DNA of 34,693 nucleotides from Candidatus Bathyarchaeia archaeon (GTDB lineage: Archaea; Thermoproteota; Bathyarchaeia; TCS64): contig JBEKDF010000028.1 in the NCBI GenBank assembly GCA_050014495.1, positions 1 through 34,693 of the forward strand, in the 5' to 3' direction. This document shows, one piece after another, positions 1 to 8,720 of the stretch. A program made the position numbers and the translations under genes. The stretch's first letter is position 1. Each line of letters opens with the position of its first letter. The notes beneath the pieces were generated by a model. It was not told where the DNA came from, ran no database searches, and saw only the letters and a list, made by a program, of their open reading frames with translations.

Positions 1-2
1 TG

Positions 3-119
3 GCCGAGGCCGTGATACATGTCTCCCTGAGCCTCATCTCGATGCTCGCGGTGGCGGTGACCGCGGTTAGGATCGGTGTGCCCCGTCTGGTGAGGTGTAT
101 CAAGCGGTTCGTTGAGTGA
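3..119 (+). mobile_element. 3' end of a probable DDE transposase (IS4/IS5/IS1182-like), truncated by the window edge
   Basis: Frame 3 reads AEAVIHVSLSLISMLAVAVTAVRIGVPRLVRCIKRFVE* (TGA 117-119), resembling the hydrophobic C-terminal helix (HVxLxxIxMLxVA) of DDE transposases. A GC-rich tail continues to about 275, then composition turns AT-rich. Confidence 0.55.
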
Positions 120-525
120 GTCAAGGGATGTCTTGTGCGGGGTTGCCTAGCGTGATCCATCGCTTCGCGTGCGGGTCATGTTCTCCGCTGGTCTCTCAGC
201 TGTTTGCTTTCATTTGTATGGCTTGTTTTTCTCCTCGTAGAGTATAATTGACGTGCTCAGAGCTTCCGAGAACACGAATTTCTAAACAAGCAAGCGCGCG
301 CAGCGGTCGGGGAAAATGACACTAACTTGACTCCATTGATCTTCATTTCAATTCACAATCTGAAAAACGGAAAAGTAATTTAACAATATGGGGTAAATAA
401 TTTACCGTAGTGATGGGTTTAAAACTGGACCAAGAGGTTGTGGGGGCGCACGCGCATTGTAGCGGCTCGATAAATCGCATCCTTATACCTGTTGCGCGAG
501 ATTAATCACAATGAAAATAACACAT

Positions 526-1329
526 TTAGAGGAATGTTTTGGGCTCTTTTCTGTCTCCATGTTGAGTAGATAACCATTTAGCAACACGAAGTATAGGCTC
601 GTGCTCCCAGCGCCTAGCCCCAGTTGGACAACTCTGAACACAGGCACTGCAGAGGATACACTTCTCAACCTCCGTCTTCACCACATCAGAAACTTCAACA
701 CACCCCGTCGGACAAACACTCGCACATACACCACACAGGTTACAAGTCCCTACATCTGTGACTGGATGTGCGCCTGCGCGTATCGCTTCTGTACGAGTCC
801 GAGTATTCTCAGTATAGGGATAATTGCCCGGTATCATTAATGCTGGAAACTCATCAAGGCTCTTCACTTTTTCCAGTATTTGCATTCCGAATTCATGTGC
901 CTTCTTAAGATCCATTTCATCGGGTCTTCCAGCTCCTATAGGCGTCTTCTCAGTACTGAAACTATGTTGACCAATGAAGGCAGCACCAGCTATTGGACAG
1001 AATCCTAACTCCTTTATGGTGTCATTTAGCTCGAGTAATGAATCCTCAAAATCTCTGTTTCCATACATTACAACGATTACGGCGGGGGTTTTGTCTCCCT
1101 TGACCGTTTTAAGTCGGTTGATAACAGTTGATGGAACTCGTCCTTCGTAGACGGGTGTCGAAAATATCGCCAGTTCGTCTCTTCCCAGTTTATAATTATG
1201 GGAGGTGTCTGGTGGGGTAAGATCAATGGTGTCGGTGTTCAGTTTCATGGCTGAGGCAATTTCTTTGACTATTTTCTTTCCTGTGCTGGTTGGAGAAAAG
1301 TAGACGAGTTTGACTCGGTTGATCATCAT
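526..1329 (-). CDS. EFR1-family flavodoxin/2x[4Fe-4S] ferredoxin fusion protein
   Basis: N-terminal YFSPTST flavodoxin loop, YGNR motif, C-terminal CNLCGVCASVCP and CILCSACVQSCP. Confidence 0.9.
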   Translation of the reverse strand: MMINRVKLVYFSPTSTGKKIVKEIASAMKLNTDTIDLTPPDTSHNYKLGRDELAIFSTPVYEGRVPSTVINRLKTVKGDKTPAVIVVMYGNRDFEDSLLELNDTIKELGFCPIAGAAFIGQHSFSTEKTPIGAGRPDEMDLKKAHEFGMQILEKVKSLDEFPALMIPGNYPYTENTRTRTEAIRAGAHPVTDVGTCNLCGVCASVCPTGCVEVSDVVKTEVEKCILCSACVQSCPTGARRWEHEPILRVAKWLSTQHGDRKEPKTFL

Positions 1330-1596
1330 TTTAGTTCACCATCTGAAGGACAGAAAAGTGATTTAACCGTGAGGGTCAAAAAATTAACCTTGATGAGAGT
1401 CTGTGGATTTTTTCAAAAGTCTATAAGCCAATCTAACTAGTTTTTCATATTATACACGCGCACTTAGAGTTAAGCCTCATCTTACACCAAGGTATTTGAT
1501 GGACGAATAGTCTTATCCTCACTTCCACCTGGGTGCAAACAGTGATTGTATATGCCCGCGTAAACTCTTTTAGACGTATAATCTAGAATATTTGCG

Positions 1597-2160
1597 ATGA
1601 AGATACTTGGAATAGTCGGAAGCCCTAGGAAAGGTGGAAACACCGAACAGCTCACCAGAATAGCGCTGGAAGAGGTCCAGAAAGAGGGGATAGAGGTTGA
1701 ACTCATTAGACTAGCTGGCAAGAAGATAGCGCCATGCACAGGATGCGGAGCCTGCCGATCAACAGGTGAGTGCGTGATCAAGGATGACTTCGGCGCAATA
1801 TATGGCAAGATGGTGGATGCAGAGGGGTTTATACTGACATCTCCCGTTTATTTTGGCGCTGCAACGCCGCAGATTAGTAGCCTTATCAGTAGATGCTTCG
1901 TGAGCCGAAGAAAGAAGCGTGTCTTCGATAATAAAGTCGGTGGCCCGATTGTTGTGGCTCGACGTGCTGGGAAGAACTTCACCTATGCGCAGCTCCTGTT
2001 TTTCTTCATGATATCTGGGATGATTGTGCCGGGCTCGACTTACTGGAGTGTTGCGATAGGGGACGATATGGGTGATGTGGTCAAGGACACGGAAGGTGTT
2101 GAAACAATCAGGAACTTTGGGAAAAAGCTTGCCTGGCTCGCAAAAAAAGTCAACGCCTAG
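1597..2160 (+). CDS. Iron-sulfur flavoprotein (NADPH-dependent FMN reductase/flavodoxin family)
   Basis: GSPRKGGNT, CTGCGAC-x5-C cluster motif, SPVYFG, ARRAG. Confidence 0.9.
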   Translation: MKILGIVGSPRKGGNTEQLTRIALEEVQKEGIEVELIRLAGKKIAPCTGCGACRSTGECVIKDDFGAIYGKMVDAEGFILTSPVYFGAATPQISSLISRCFVSRRKKRVFDNKVGGPIVVARRAGKNFTYAQLLFFFMISGMIVPGSTYWSVAIGDDMGDVVKDTEGVETIRNFGKKLAWLAKKVNA

Positions 2161-2172
2161 ATGTCGCTTGCG

Positions 2173-2736
2173 TCACTTCATCAGCTTCTTCCCGACGCTG
2201 AACGCCTTCTCGAACTGCTTGCCCTGCGCGTAGTAACCCGCGGCTGGGCTCTCGATGAGCTGGAACTGCTCCGTCTTGGAGACGTCCAGCTTCTTGTCAG
2301 TCAGGTACTTACCGTCAGCGTAAGCGCCCACAACTTCGCCTATGAAGAGGCGGGAGTCGACGAGCTCGACGGTCTGCTTGAGCTTCAGCTCGTAAGAGAC
2401 GGGGCACTCGGCGATCATCGGCGCCTTGTGCTCGCCGTACTCTACCTTGAAGACCCCCGACTTGTCCGTCTTCCTACCCGAGACCATGCCGCAGTAGTCC
2501 GTCTTCTCTGCGAGGCTCTTCCCCGGGAAGTTGATGCTGAAGACCCCGTTCTCCTTAATGCCCTCAGCCGTATAGCGGGGGTTCTCCAGCGACACCATGA
2601 ACATCGGCGGCTGGCCGTTTACTTTGGAGAACCATGCCACCGTCATGAATGTGGGCTTCCCCTTTACGGTCGCCCCGATAAGGCAAACCGGCATAGCGTA
2701 CGGGATTGTAGTATTCTCGATCTTTACCTTAACCAA
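2173..2736 (-). CDS. Flavin reductase family protein (flavoredoxin-like)
   Basis: MPVCLIGA...PPMFMVSL...FSINFP...CGMVSG...P-x-I-x-ECP. Start reassigned to TTG at 2736 behind AAGGAG; the longer track ORF runs antisense through the HxlR gene. Confidence 0.85.
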   Translation of the reverse strand: MVKVKIENTTIPYAMPVCLIGATVKGKPTFMTVAWFSKVNGQPPMFMVSLENPRYTAEGIKENGVFSINFPGKSLAEKTDYCGMVSGRKTDKSGVFKVEYGEHKAPMIAECPVSYELKLKQTVELVDSRLFIGEVVGAYADGKYLTDKKLDVSKTEQFQLIESPAAGYYAQGKQFEKAFSVGKKLMK

Positions 2737-2755
2737 CTCTGAAATCTCCTTCACA

Positions 2756-2776
2756 ATACTGGAAAATCGGAAGTAT
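2756..2776. promoter_or_regulatory. Candidate HxlR operator, ATACT-N11-AGTAT, in the divergent spacer
   Basis: Inverted repeat ATACT (2756-2760) / AGTAT (2772-2776) between the divergent flavin reductase and HxlR genes. Confidence 0.45.
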
Positions 2777-2815
2777 TTAAACGGGAAAGGGTAAAGCTGT
2801 ACAGTTGGTGTAGAG

Positions 2816-3160
2816 ATGGGAAGCGATACACTCGACATCTGCCTCGGCTCGGGCGGCCCCATGATAGAGCTCCTCGGTAGCAGGGGCACCCTCGACATAC
2901 TCTGCGTCTTCACCACGGGGACGAAGACGGTGAGGTTCAACCAGCTTAACGGTCTCCTCGGCCACATCAGCACCAAGACCCTCACGGCGAGGCTTAGGGA
3001 ACTCGAGGGGAACGGGATACTGAAGCGGACGGCGTATAACGAGATACCGCCTCGTGTCGAGTACTCGATAACCGAGAAGGGGCAGAGGCTCACCGAGGCG
3101 CTCGTACCCCTTGTTCTTTGGGTGGAGGAGTGGGCCAACAAAGAGGGGCGAGCGCATTAA
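2816..3160 (+). CDS. HxlR/DUF24-family winged-helix transcriptional regulator
   Basis: RFNQL...ISTKTLTARLRELE...EIPPRVEYSITEKG signature. Confidence 0.92.
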   Translation: MGSDTLDICLGSGGPMIELLGSRGTLDILCVFTTGTKTVRFNQLNGLLGHISTKTLTARLRELEGNGILKRTAYNEIPPRVEYSITEKGQRLTEALVPLVLWVEEWANKEGRAH

Positions 3161-3293
3161 ATCTTGAAACGGTTGTGCGCGCGCTTGATCTCCAAGCAAC
3201 CAATAGGGTATACAGGTACCCCCTTTTTTTCCACGCGCCTAGATGTCGTGCGCGCGGCGGAGCGGGTGCACACCAAGAGGTTGTGACCCCGCC

Positions 3294-3728
3294 CTAGGGG
3301 TAGAAGTGGACTATTTTCCTCGGCGCGACCCTCAGAGTGACCTGTGTCTCGGGATCGTATTTTGGGTCGAAGGACGGCTCTTTGTGGTATTTGCCCCACA
3401 CCCAGCGCACGTACTCATCGTAGCCCTCCTCGGGCTCGAAGCCCAGCTCTGCCATGCCGTAGACAAGTGCGCACTTGGAGGGGACGTCACCCTCACTCAA
3501 CTTCGACCCCTGCATGAGGAAGGAGAGCGAGACGTCGCTGTTCCTCTTGAGGTTCTCTACCCTCAGCGACTTCTTTATCGAGACGAAGTAGAAGGCGTTG
3601 TCCCTGTAGTTGTACCAGATGGGTGCCGCGTGTATTGTGCCGTCCTTGTTGTGGCTGCAGAAGGTCGTCGTGTAAGAGTCCCTAAACAGGGTCTCTATGT
3701 CCTCGGGCGTCATCTTGTTGCTGCTCAT
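3294..3728 (-). CDS. Pyridoxamine 5'-phosphate oxidase-like (PPOX/FMN split-barrel) protein
   Basis: DGTIHAAPIWY...NLKRNSDVSL...G-x-AE pattern; ATGA overlap with the upstream AKR stop. Confidence 0.8.
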   Translation of the reverse strand: MSSNKMTPEDIETLFRDSYTTTFCSHNKDGTIHAAPIWYNYRDNAFYFVSIKKSLRVENLKRNSDVSLSFLMQGSKLSEGDVPSKCALVYGMAELGFEPEEGYDEYVRWVWGKYHKEPSFDPKYDPETQVTLRVAPRKIVHFYP

Positions 3729-4930
3729 GAAGCCTCGTGCCCCATAGTCTTTCTTCCCTGCAACCTGTAGCGCATGTCTTTACCCATCGCTTCCCAGTGG
3801 GGGAGCTTCTCGAGGATCGCCTGGAACGTCTTCATCGCCTCTGGGATGTCTATGCCTTGCGGGCAAACCTTCTTGCAGTTGCCACACCCGATGCAGGCAG
3901 ACGGTCGCTGTTCAGGAGCCAGGGCGTCAACATTCATGCTGACCGTGAGGGCGGGCTCGAAGCGGCACTCGTTGTAGAGGGAGAGAAGCATCGGTATGTC
4001 CAGCTTCTTCGGGCACTCCGTGCAGCAGTAGCGGCAGGCTGTGCATGGCAGCATATCCATCATGCTCGCCGCTACACCCTCGAGCAGCTTCCTCTCCTTC
4101 GTATTCAGCGGTTTACCGGCTGAGAACGTCTCGATGTTGTCCTCAACCTGCTGCATGTTCGACATGCCCGAGAGGACGATCTTCACGTTCTGCAGCGCCT
4201 GTAGCCAGCGAAACGCCCAAGCGGGGATGCTCTCATCCGGGCGTACCGCCTTCAGCTTCGCCTCGTTCTCAGCGCTGAGTTTCGCGAGGCCGCCGCCCCT
4301 GACGGGTTCCATGACCCAGACAGGTAGACCGCGCTCTGTCAGAAGCTCATACTTCGCCTTCGCGTCCTGAAGCTTCCAGTCGAGGTAGTTGAGTTCAATC
4401 TGCCCAAACTCCATCTTGTCACCGTAGACGTCGAGGAACTGCCTTATCGTTTCAGCGCGCCCATGCGCAGAGAACCCGAGGTGGTGGATTTGCCCCGCCT
4501 TCTTCTGCTCAAGCAGATAGTCAACTATCCCCCACTTGGGGTTAAGGTACGTCTTTATCGAGTTCTCGTAGACGTTGTGCAGCATGTAGAAGTCGAAGTA
4601 ATCCACGCCGCATTTGACGAGTTGCTCCTCGAAGATTCTCTCCGGTTCGTAGGTTGGGAGGATCGCATGCCCCGGGAACTTTGTAGCCAGATGAAAGCTG
4701 GTGCGCGGGTAATGCTTCAGGATTCTGCCGATGATGTGCTCCGATTCGAATCGGTGATAAGAGTAAGCGGTGTCGAAGTAGTTGACGCCGTGCTCTATCG
4801 CATAGGCGACCATCTTCGACATCTGTGTCTCGTCGACGGTTGCCTCTGGGCCCGTTCCGTTGAGAGGCATGCGCATAGTGCCGAAGCCTAGCGCCGACAA
4901 CTTCTCGCCCTTAAAATCCTTATAGATCAT
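3725..4930 (-). CDS. Aldo/keto reductase with C-terminal 4Fe-4S domain
   Basis: LGFGTMRMP, GVNYFDTAYSY, ATK, MEPVRGG, CTACRYC...CP, CIGCGNCKKVCPQ. Confidence 0.92.
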   Translation of the reverse strand: MIYKDFKGEKLSALGFGTMRMPLNGTGPEATVDETQMSKMVAYAIEHGVNYFDTAYSYHRFESEHIIGRILKHYPRTSFHLATKFPGHAILPTYEPERIFEEQLVKCGVDYFDFYMLHNVYENSIKTYLNPKWGIVDYLLEQKKAGQIHHLGFSAHGRAETIRQFLDVYGDKMEFGQIELNYLDWKLQDAKAKYELLTERGLPVWVMEPVRGGGLAKLSAENEAKLKAVRPDESIPAWAFRWLQALQNVKIVLSGMSNMQQVEDNIETFSAGKPLNTKERKLLEGVAASMMDMLPCTACRYCCTECPKKLDIPMLLSLYNECRFEPALTVSMNVDALAPEQRPSACIGCGNCKKVCPQGIDIPEAMKTFQAILEKLPHWEAMGKDMRYRLQGRKTMGHEAS

Positions 4931-4964
4931 TTTTCTGTCAAATCCGTTTTTCTAAGCTGAGTGT

Positions 4965-6146
4965 TTACCAATCCATCTCTAGGGTTTGCCCCGCGTCGCG
5001 TAGCAGGCTCCTGATAGGCAGGTGCTGCGGACAAACATCCTCGCAGTGGCCACAGCTCACGCAGTTCTTTGTCCACTGCTCCGGCTTGAGCTGCTCCTTG
5101 TATTTCGCCTTGACTGTCTGATCCCTGTCCTTCATGTAGAACTCGTTGAAGAGGCTAAATATCTCTGGAATAGCGACTCCGCTGGGGCAAGGCATACAAT
5201 ACCTGCAACCTGTGCAACCGACGAAGCCCATCTCACGGTACTTCTTCGCGACCCTGTCAACAAGCTTAAGATCTTCCTTCGTCAACTTTCCGACGCCACC
5301 GCGCCCAGCCGAACTGACGTTCTCGACGACCTGCTCCATCGTGCTCATACCACTTAAGACGATACTAACCTCAGGCTGGTTCCAGAGCCACTGCAGAGCC
5401 CACTCCGCGGGCTTCCAGTGATGGTGTCCCTCCTTCCAGAGCTTTGTTATGCCCTCGGGTGGGTTGACGGCTAAACGACCACCAGCGATAGGCTCCATGA
5501 TGACAACAGCTATTCCCTTCTTAGCAGCGTAGCGGAGCCCTTCCTTACCAGCTTGAAACTTTGTATCCATGTAGTTATACTGTATCTGGCAAAAGTCCCA
5601 GTCGTAGGCGTCGACGATCTCCTTGAAGAGGGGAAGTTCGTCGTGGAAGCTGAATCCGAGATTTCTTATCTTACCCTCTTTGATCTTCTTCTCCGCCCAC
5701 TTGAAGACCCCAAGATCGACTATTCGTGGCCAGCTACTTTTCCCGAGGGAGTGTAGGAGGTAGAAGTCGATGTGGTCGGTTTGGAGACGCTGTAACTGCT
5801 CGTTGAAGTACTGGTCGAAGTCGTCGGGGGTGTTGACGAGCCAGCACGGCATCTTGGTTGCGAGCTTCACCTTCTCACGGTAACCGTCCTTTAGCGCCTT
5901 ACCGACGACTACCTCGCTCTGCCCCTTGTGGTAGACGTAGGCGGAGTCAACGTAGTTGACGCCATGGTCGATAGCGTATCTGATCATATATATTGCTAGG
6001 GGCTCATCGATCTTCGAGGCATCACCGCCAATTGTGGGGAGCCTCATAGCGCCGAATCCGAGAGCTGAGGGTTTGAAGTCGAGTTTACCGAACTTTCTAT
6101 ACTTCATTTCTGGCGCCCAAGTAAAGCCATTATTGTTTATAGGCAT
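4965..6146 (-). CDS. Aldo/keto reductase with C-terminal 4Fe-4S domain (alternative start ATG 6107)
   Basis: LGFGAMRLP, GVNYVDSAYVY, ATK, MEPIAGG, CTGCRYCMPCP, CVSCGHCEDVCPQ. Confidence 0.92.
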   Translation of the reverse strand: MPINNNGFTWAPEMKYRKFGKLDFKPSALGFGAMRLPTIGGDASKIDEPLAIYMIRYAIDHGVNYVDSAYVYHKGQSEVVVGKALKDGYREKVKLATKMPCWLVNTPDDFDQYFNEQLQRLQTDHIDFYLLHSLGKSSWPRIVDLGVFKWAEKKIKEGKIRNLGFSFHDELPLFKEIVDAYDWDFCQIQYNYMDTKFQAGKEGLRYAAKKGIAVVIMEPIAGGRLAVNPPEGITKLWKEGHHHWKPAEWALQWLWNQPEVSIVLSGMSTMEQVVENVSSAGRGGVGKLTKEDLKLVDRVAKKYREMGFVGCTGCRYCMPCPSGVAIPEIFSLFNEFYMKDRDQTVKAKYKEQLKPEQWTKNCVSCGHCEDVCPQHLPIRSLLRDAGQTLEMDW

Positions 6147-6169
6147 CTTGAAGTTCTCTCCGTGTTCCT

Positions 6170-6667
6170 TTATTTAGTCATCCCGAGTTCTCGAAGCCAC
6201 TTTGAAATATCATTCTGCGAGGTTTTTACGGCGCTGCCTCGTATTGCTAGACCATTAAGGACGGTTGACTTTGGACATAGTTTCTTGATGTCCATGACGC
6301 TTCTTCCAAGTTGGCTACCTTCGTTTGTGCAAACCGGCGCGATAGTCTTTCCGGTAAAATCGTACTCCGACAAAAATGTTGCAACAGGCATGGGTACCGT
6401 GCCCCACCAGTTAGGGTAAGCAACGAAGACCACGTCGTACGACTGCATGCTCTCGACTTTTGTTTTCAGTTTAGGCCTATACTGCAGATTAAGCTCCTTC
6501 TTGGCCTGCTCTACAACCTCATCGTAATCAGTTGGATACTTGTCCACAGCTACAATTTCGAAGATGTTACCACCTACCTTTTCACGTATCTGGTTGGCAG
6601 TGACCCGCGTGTTACCGGAGTGGGAAAAATAGGCGACAAGAATGGCCCTTTTTTCAGATGTCAGCAT
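6170..6667 (-). CDS. Flavodoxin
   Basis: YFSHSGNT FMN loop, YPNWWGTVP, GKTIAP-x-CTNEGS. Confidence 0.9.
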   Translation of the reverse strand: MLTSEKRAILVAYFSHSGNTRVTANQIREKVGGNIFEIVAVDKYPTDYDEVVEQAKKELNLQYRPKLKTKVESMQSYDVVFVAYPNWWGTVPMPVATFLSEYDFTGKTIAPVCTNEGSQLGRSVMDIKKLCPKSTVLNGLAIRGSAVKTSQNDISKWLRELGMTK

Positions 6668-6687
6668 GGTATTTTAAAAGAACAAAG

Positions 6688-6729
6688 CGTATATATACGA
6701 AGTACGCACAAAAATGTTACATAGTAACA
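6688..6729. promoter_or_regulatory. Divergent promoter: palindromic TATA (CGTATATATACG) and candidate HxlR operator (TGTTAC-ATA-GTAACA)
   Basis: Perfect palindrome at 6688-6699 and inverted repeat at 6715-6729 between the flavodoxin and HxlR starts. Confidence 0.55.
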
Positions 6730-6740
6730 GGAATGATACT

Positions 6741-7088
6741 ATGGACACTACTAAAAAGTTCGAGTATAATTCTGGAATCGAAGCGGCGCTCGACGTGATC
6801 GGGGGTAAATGGAAACCTCTGATGATGTATGCGCTACGTGACGAGACTCTACGTTTCAGCCAGCTACTCGTTAGGGTAAGCCCAAGAATCACGCAGAGGA
6901 TGCTTACTAAGCAGCTTCGCCAACTTGAGGTAGACGGCCTTGTCGCCAGAAAGGTTTACGCGCAGGTCCCTCCGAAGGTGGAGTACTCGTTGACAGATAA
7001 AGGAAAATCACTTATGCCTATCCTCGACGACCTTTGTATCTGGGGATGCGAAAACATGAGAGATCAAGTCCAGTACCCTTGCGTTTGA
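6741..7088 (+). CDS. HxlR/DUF24-family winged-helix transcriptional regulator
   Basis: ALDVIGGKWK, RFSQL, MLTKQLRQLE, QVPPKVEYSLT. ATG 6741 is preferred over 6714, which lies in the operator. Confidence 0.92.
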   Translation: MDTTKKFEYNSGIEAALDVIGGKWKPLMMYALRDETLRFSQLLVRVSPRITQRMLTKQLRQLEVDGLVARKVYAQVPPKVEYSLTDKGKSLMPILDDLCIWGCENMRDQVQYPCV

Positions 7089-7114
7089 CAGATACAATTT
7101 CGCGAAGCACACAC

Positions 7115-7987
7115 CTACTGATGCGTTTGGAACCTCGGAAGTACCTCTTTGGATAATATCTGAACATCACTGAGTACGTGCGGTCCCGTAACCAAGAATG
7201 TAACTAGACCAATTCCTCTCTTCTTGTACTCGTCGATTTTGTCAACCACGTCTTCTATTGAATTTCCTGGAGCCGAGGTGTTCACACGTATGAATGCTCC
7301 TTTTCTGATATCGTTGTAATCTCTTCCCACGTCCTCACAGTGCTTTTTGAGGATGGACAGTTTATGATCAAGGTCACTCAGGTCTGAAGTCACAAGGTGG
7401 CTGATATTGGCATGTTTAGCCGCTATTTTGAGTGTCACTTTCTCCCCTGCCCCTCCTATAAGTATCGGGATTGGTTTCTGAACCGGTTGAGGTGAGTTGA
7501 GCACATTATCTACCGTATACATTCTTCCATGGTAGGTTGTACGCTCCGATGTGAACATCGATTTACAGATCTCAACCGTCTCCAGCAATCCTCGCACTCT
7601 TTCCTGTTTTGGCGGAAAACCTCCCATAAAACCTTTAAACTCTTCCTCGTGCCATCCGGCCCCGATTCCAAATATCAGTCTCCCTCCCGATATGATGTCT
7701 ACTGTCGTGGCCATTTTTGCCAAGATCGTTGGTCTCCGATAGGCATAGCATGTGACAAGTGTGCCGAGTTTGATCTTCTTCGTCACAGCGGCGAGTGCGG
7801 CCAGCGTTGTCCAGCATTCCAGCGGGTGATTTCCTACTCCGTTTGGGTCTCCCATGTTCATCAAATGGTCTGTTAGGGTGAACAGGCTAAACCCTGCATC
7901 TTCCGCCGTTTGGCAGATCTGTTTAACTTCTTCAAAGGACTTGCCTTCTGGTGGAGCATGTATCTCAAACCACATCTCTTTCGACAT
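7115..7987 (-). CDS. LLM-class (luciferase-like, possibly F420-dependent) oxidoreductase
   Basis: DHL, ECWTTLAALAAVT, LAKMATTVDIISGGRL-x-GIGAGW, PILIGGAGEK. Confidence 0.88.
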   Translation of the reverse strand: MSKEMWFEIHAPPEGKSFEEVKQICQTAEDAGFSLFTLTDHLMNMGDPNGVGNHPLECWTTLAALAAVTKKIKLGTLVTCYAYRRPTILAKMATTVDIISGGRLIFGIGAGWHEEEFKGFMGGFPPKQERVRGLLETVEICKSMFTSERTTYHGRMYTVDNVLNSPQPVQKPIPILIGGAGEKVTLKIAAKHANISHLVTSDLSDLDHKLSILKKHCEDVGRDYNDIRKGAFIRVNTSAPGNSIEDVVDKIDEYKKRGIGLVTFLVTGPHVLSDVQILSKEVLPRFQTHQ

Positions 7988-8266
7988 AAAATTCACTTTT
8001 CCACACGAGTCAGATGCGCGCGCACGTCACTGCTTATTGTTTAATGCGCACGCATAGTATAAGAAGAGAAATAAGGGCATATTTACACCATACGCTCAAA
8101 ATGGATATATACTAACCGAATGTATACTATTGAAAGAATTAAAGATTCCACGTATTACGGGGGAATCGATGCGCGCATGAGCTACTTGGGAAAACTTCGA
8201 ACCTTAGATCTAAAAAATGTCGAAAAATGCACGCGCGCGTGTACAATATTAATATTTAATTAAAAG

Positions 8267-8341
8267 TAGCGGGGGGTAGATTTGAACTACCGACCTTGGG
8301 GTTATGAGCCCCACGGGCTAACCTGGCTGCCCTACCCCGCT
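8267..8341 (-). tRNA. Initiator tRNA-Met (CAT), no intron, CCA not encoded
   Basis: Cloverleaf AGCGGGG/CCCCGCT with A1:U72, anticodon stem TGGGG/CCCCA around CTCATAA, T-loop TTCAAAT. TTTATAA box about 27 nt upstream. Confidence 0.95.
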
Positions 8342-8411
8342 TCCCTCCCAAAATATCCACCCAACTCTTATAAACTCTTCCCGACTCCCCCAAACCAAGC
8401 AGTGAAAACGA

Positions 8412-8720
8412 ATGCCCGACGACGCGAGACGGATCACCAGGGAGAGGATAAGAATACTCTTTGACCTCGCCCAGAAGGAGGAGCTGAAAAACCCCGAGAG
8501 GGCGCAGAGATACATTATACTCGCCCGCCGCCTCGCGAGCCGGAACCGAGTCCACCTCCCATCCAACCTCAAGCACCTCATCTGTCCCGGATGCATGTTC
8601 TACATGAGTCCGATTACAAGTCGAACAAGGATTAGACAGACTCGCGAACCTCACATCACAATAACCTGCCTACGCTGCGGGCACATTATCAGGATACCCC
8701 TAAGGAGCAGAATTCCATGA
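8412..8720 (+). CDS. rnp4: Ribonuclease P protein component 4 (Rpp21)
   Basis: ERIRILF...AQRYIILARRL...CPGC...ITCLRCG zinc ribbon. Confidence 0.9.
   Translation: MPDDARRITRERIRILFDLAQKEELKNPERAQRYIILARRLASRNRVHLPSNLKHLICPGCMFYMSPITSRTRIRQTREPHITITCLRCGHIIRIPLRSRIP

Noticed and set aside
245..280. Right terminal inverted repeat of the IS
   Set aside because: A composition shift suggests the end is near here, but the left end is outside the window, so no IR or target duplication can be verified.
2161..2742. 193-aa plus-strand ORF, and the 322-aa extension of the flavin reductase ORF to 3141
   Set aside because: Antisense shadows of GC3-rich real genes; no recognisable motifs.
3243..3770. 175-aa plus-strand ORF and similar ORFs opposite the AKR genes
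   Set aside because: Antisense to well-supported minus-strand genes.
400..8260. Classical integron cassette array
   Set aside because: No RYYYAAC...GTTRRRY attC hairpins recognised, genes are in mixed orientation, and there is no IntI in the window.
8256..8654. ORFs overlapping tRNA-Met and rnp4
   Set aside because: Explained by the tRNA and rnp4 on their proper strands.
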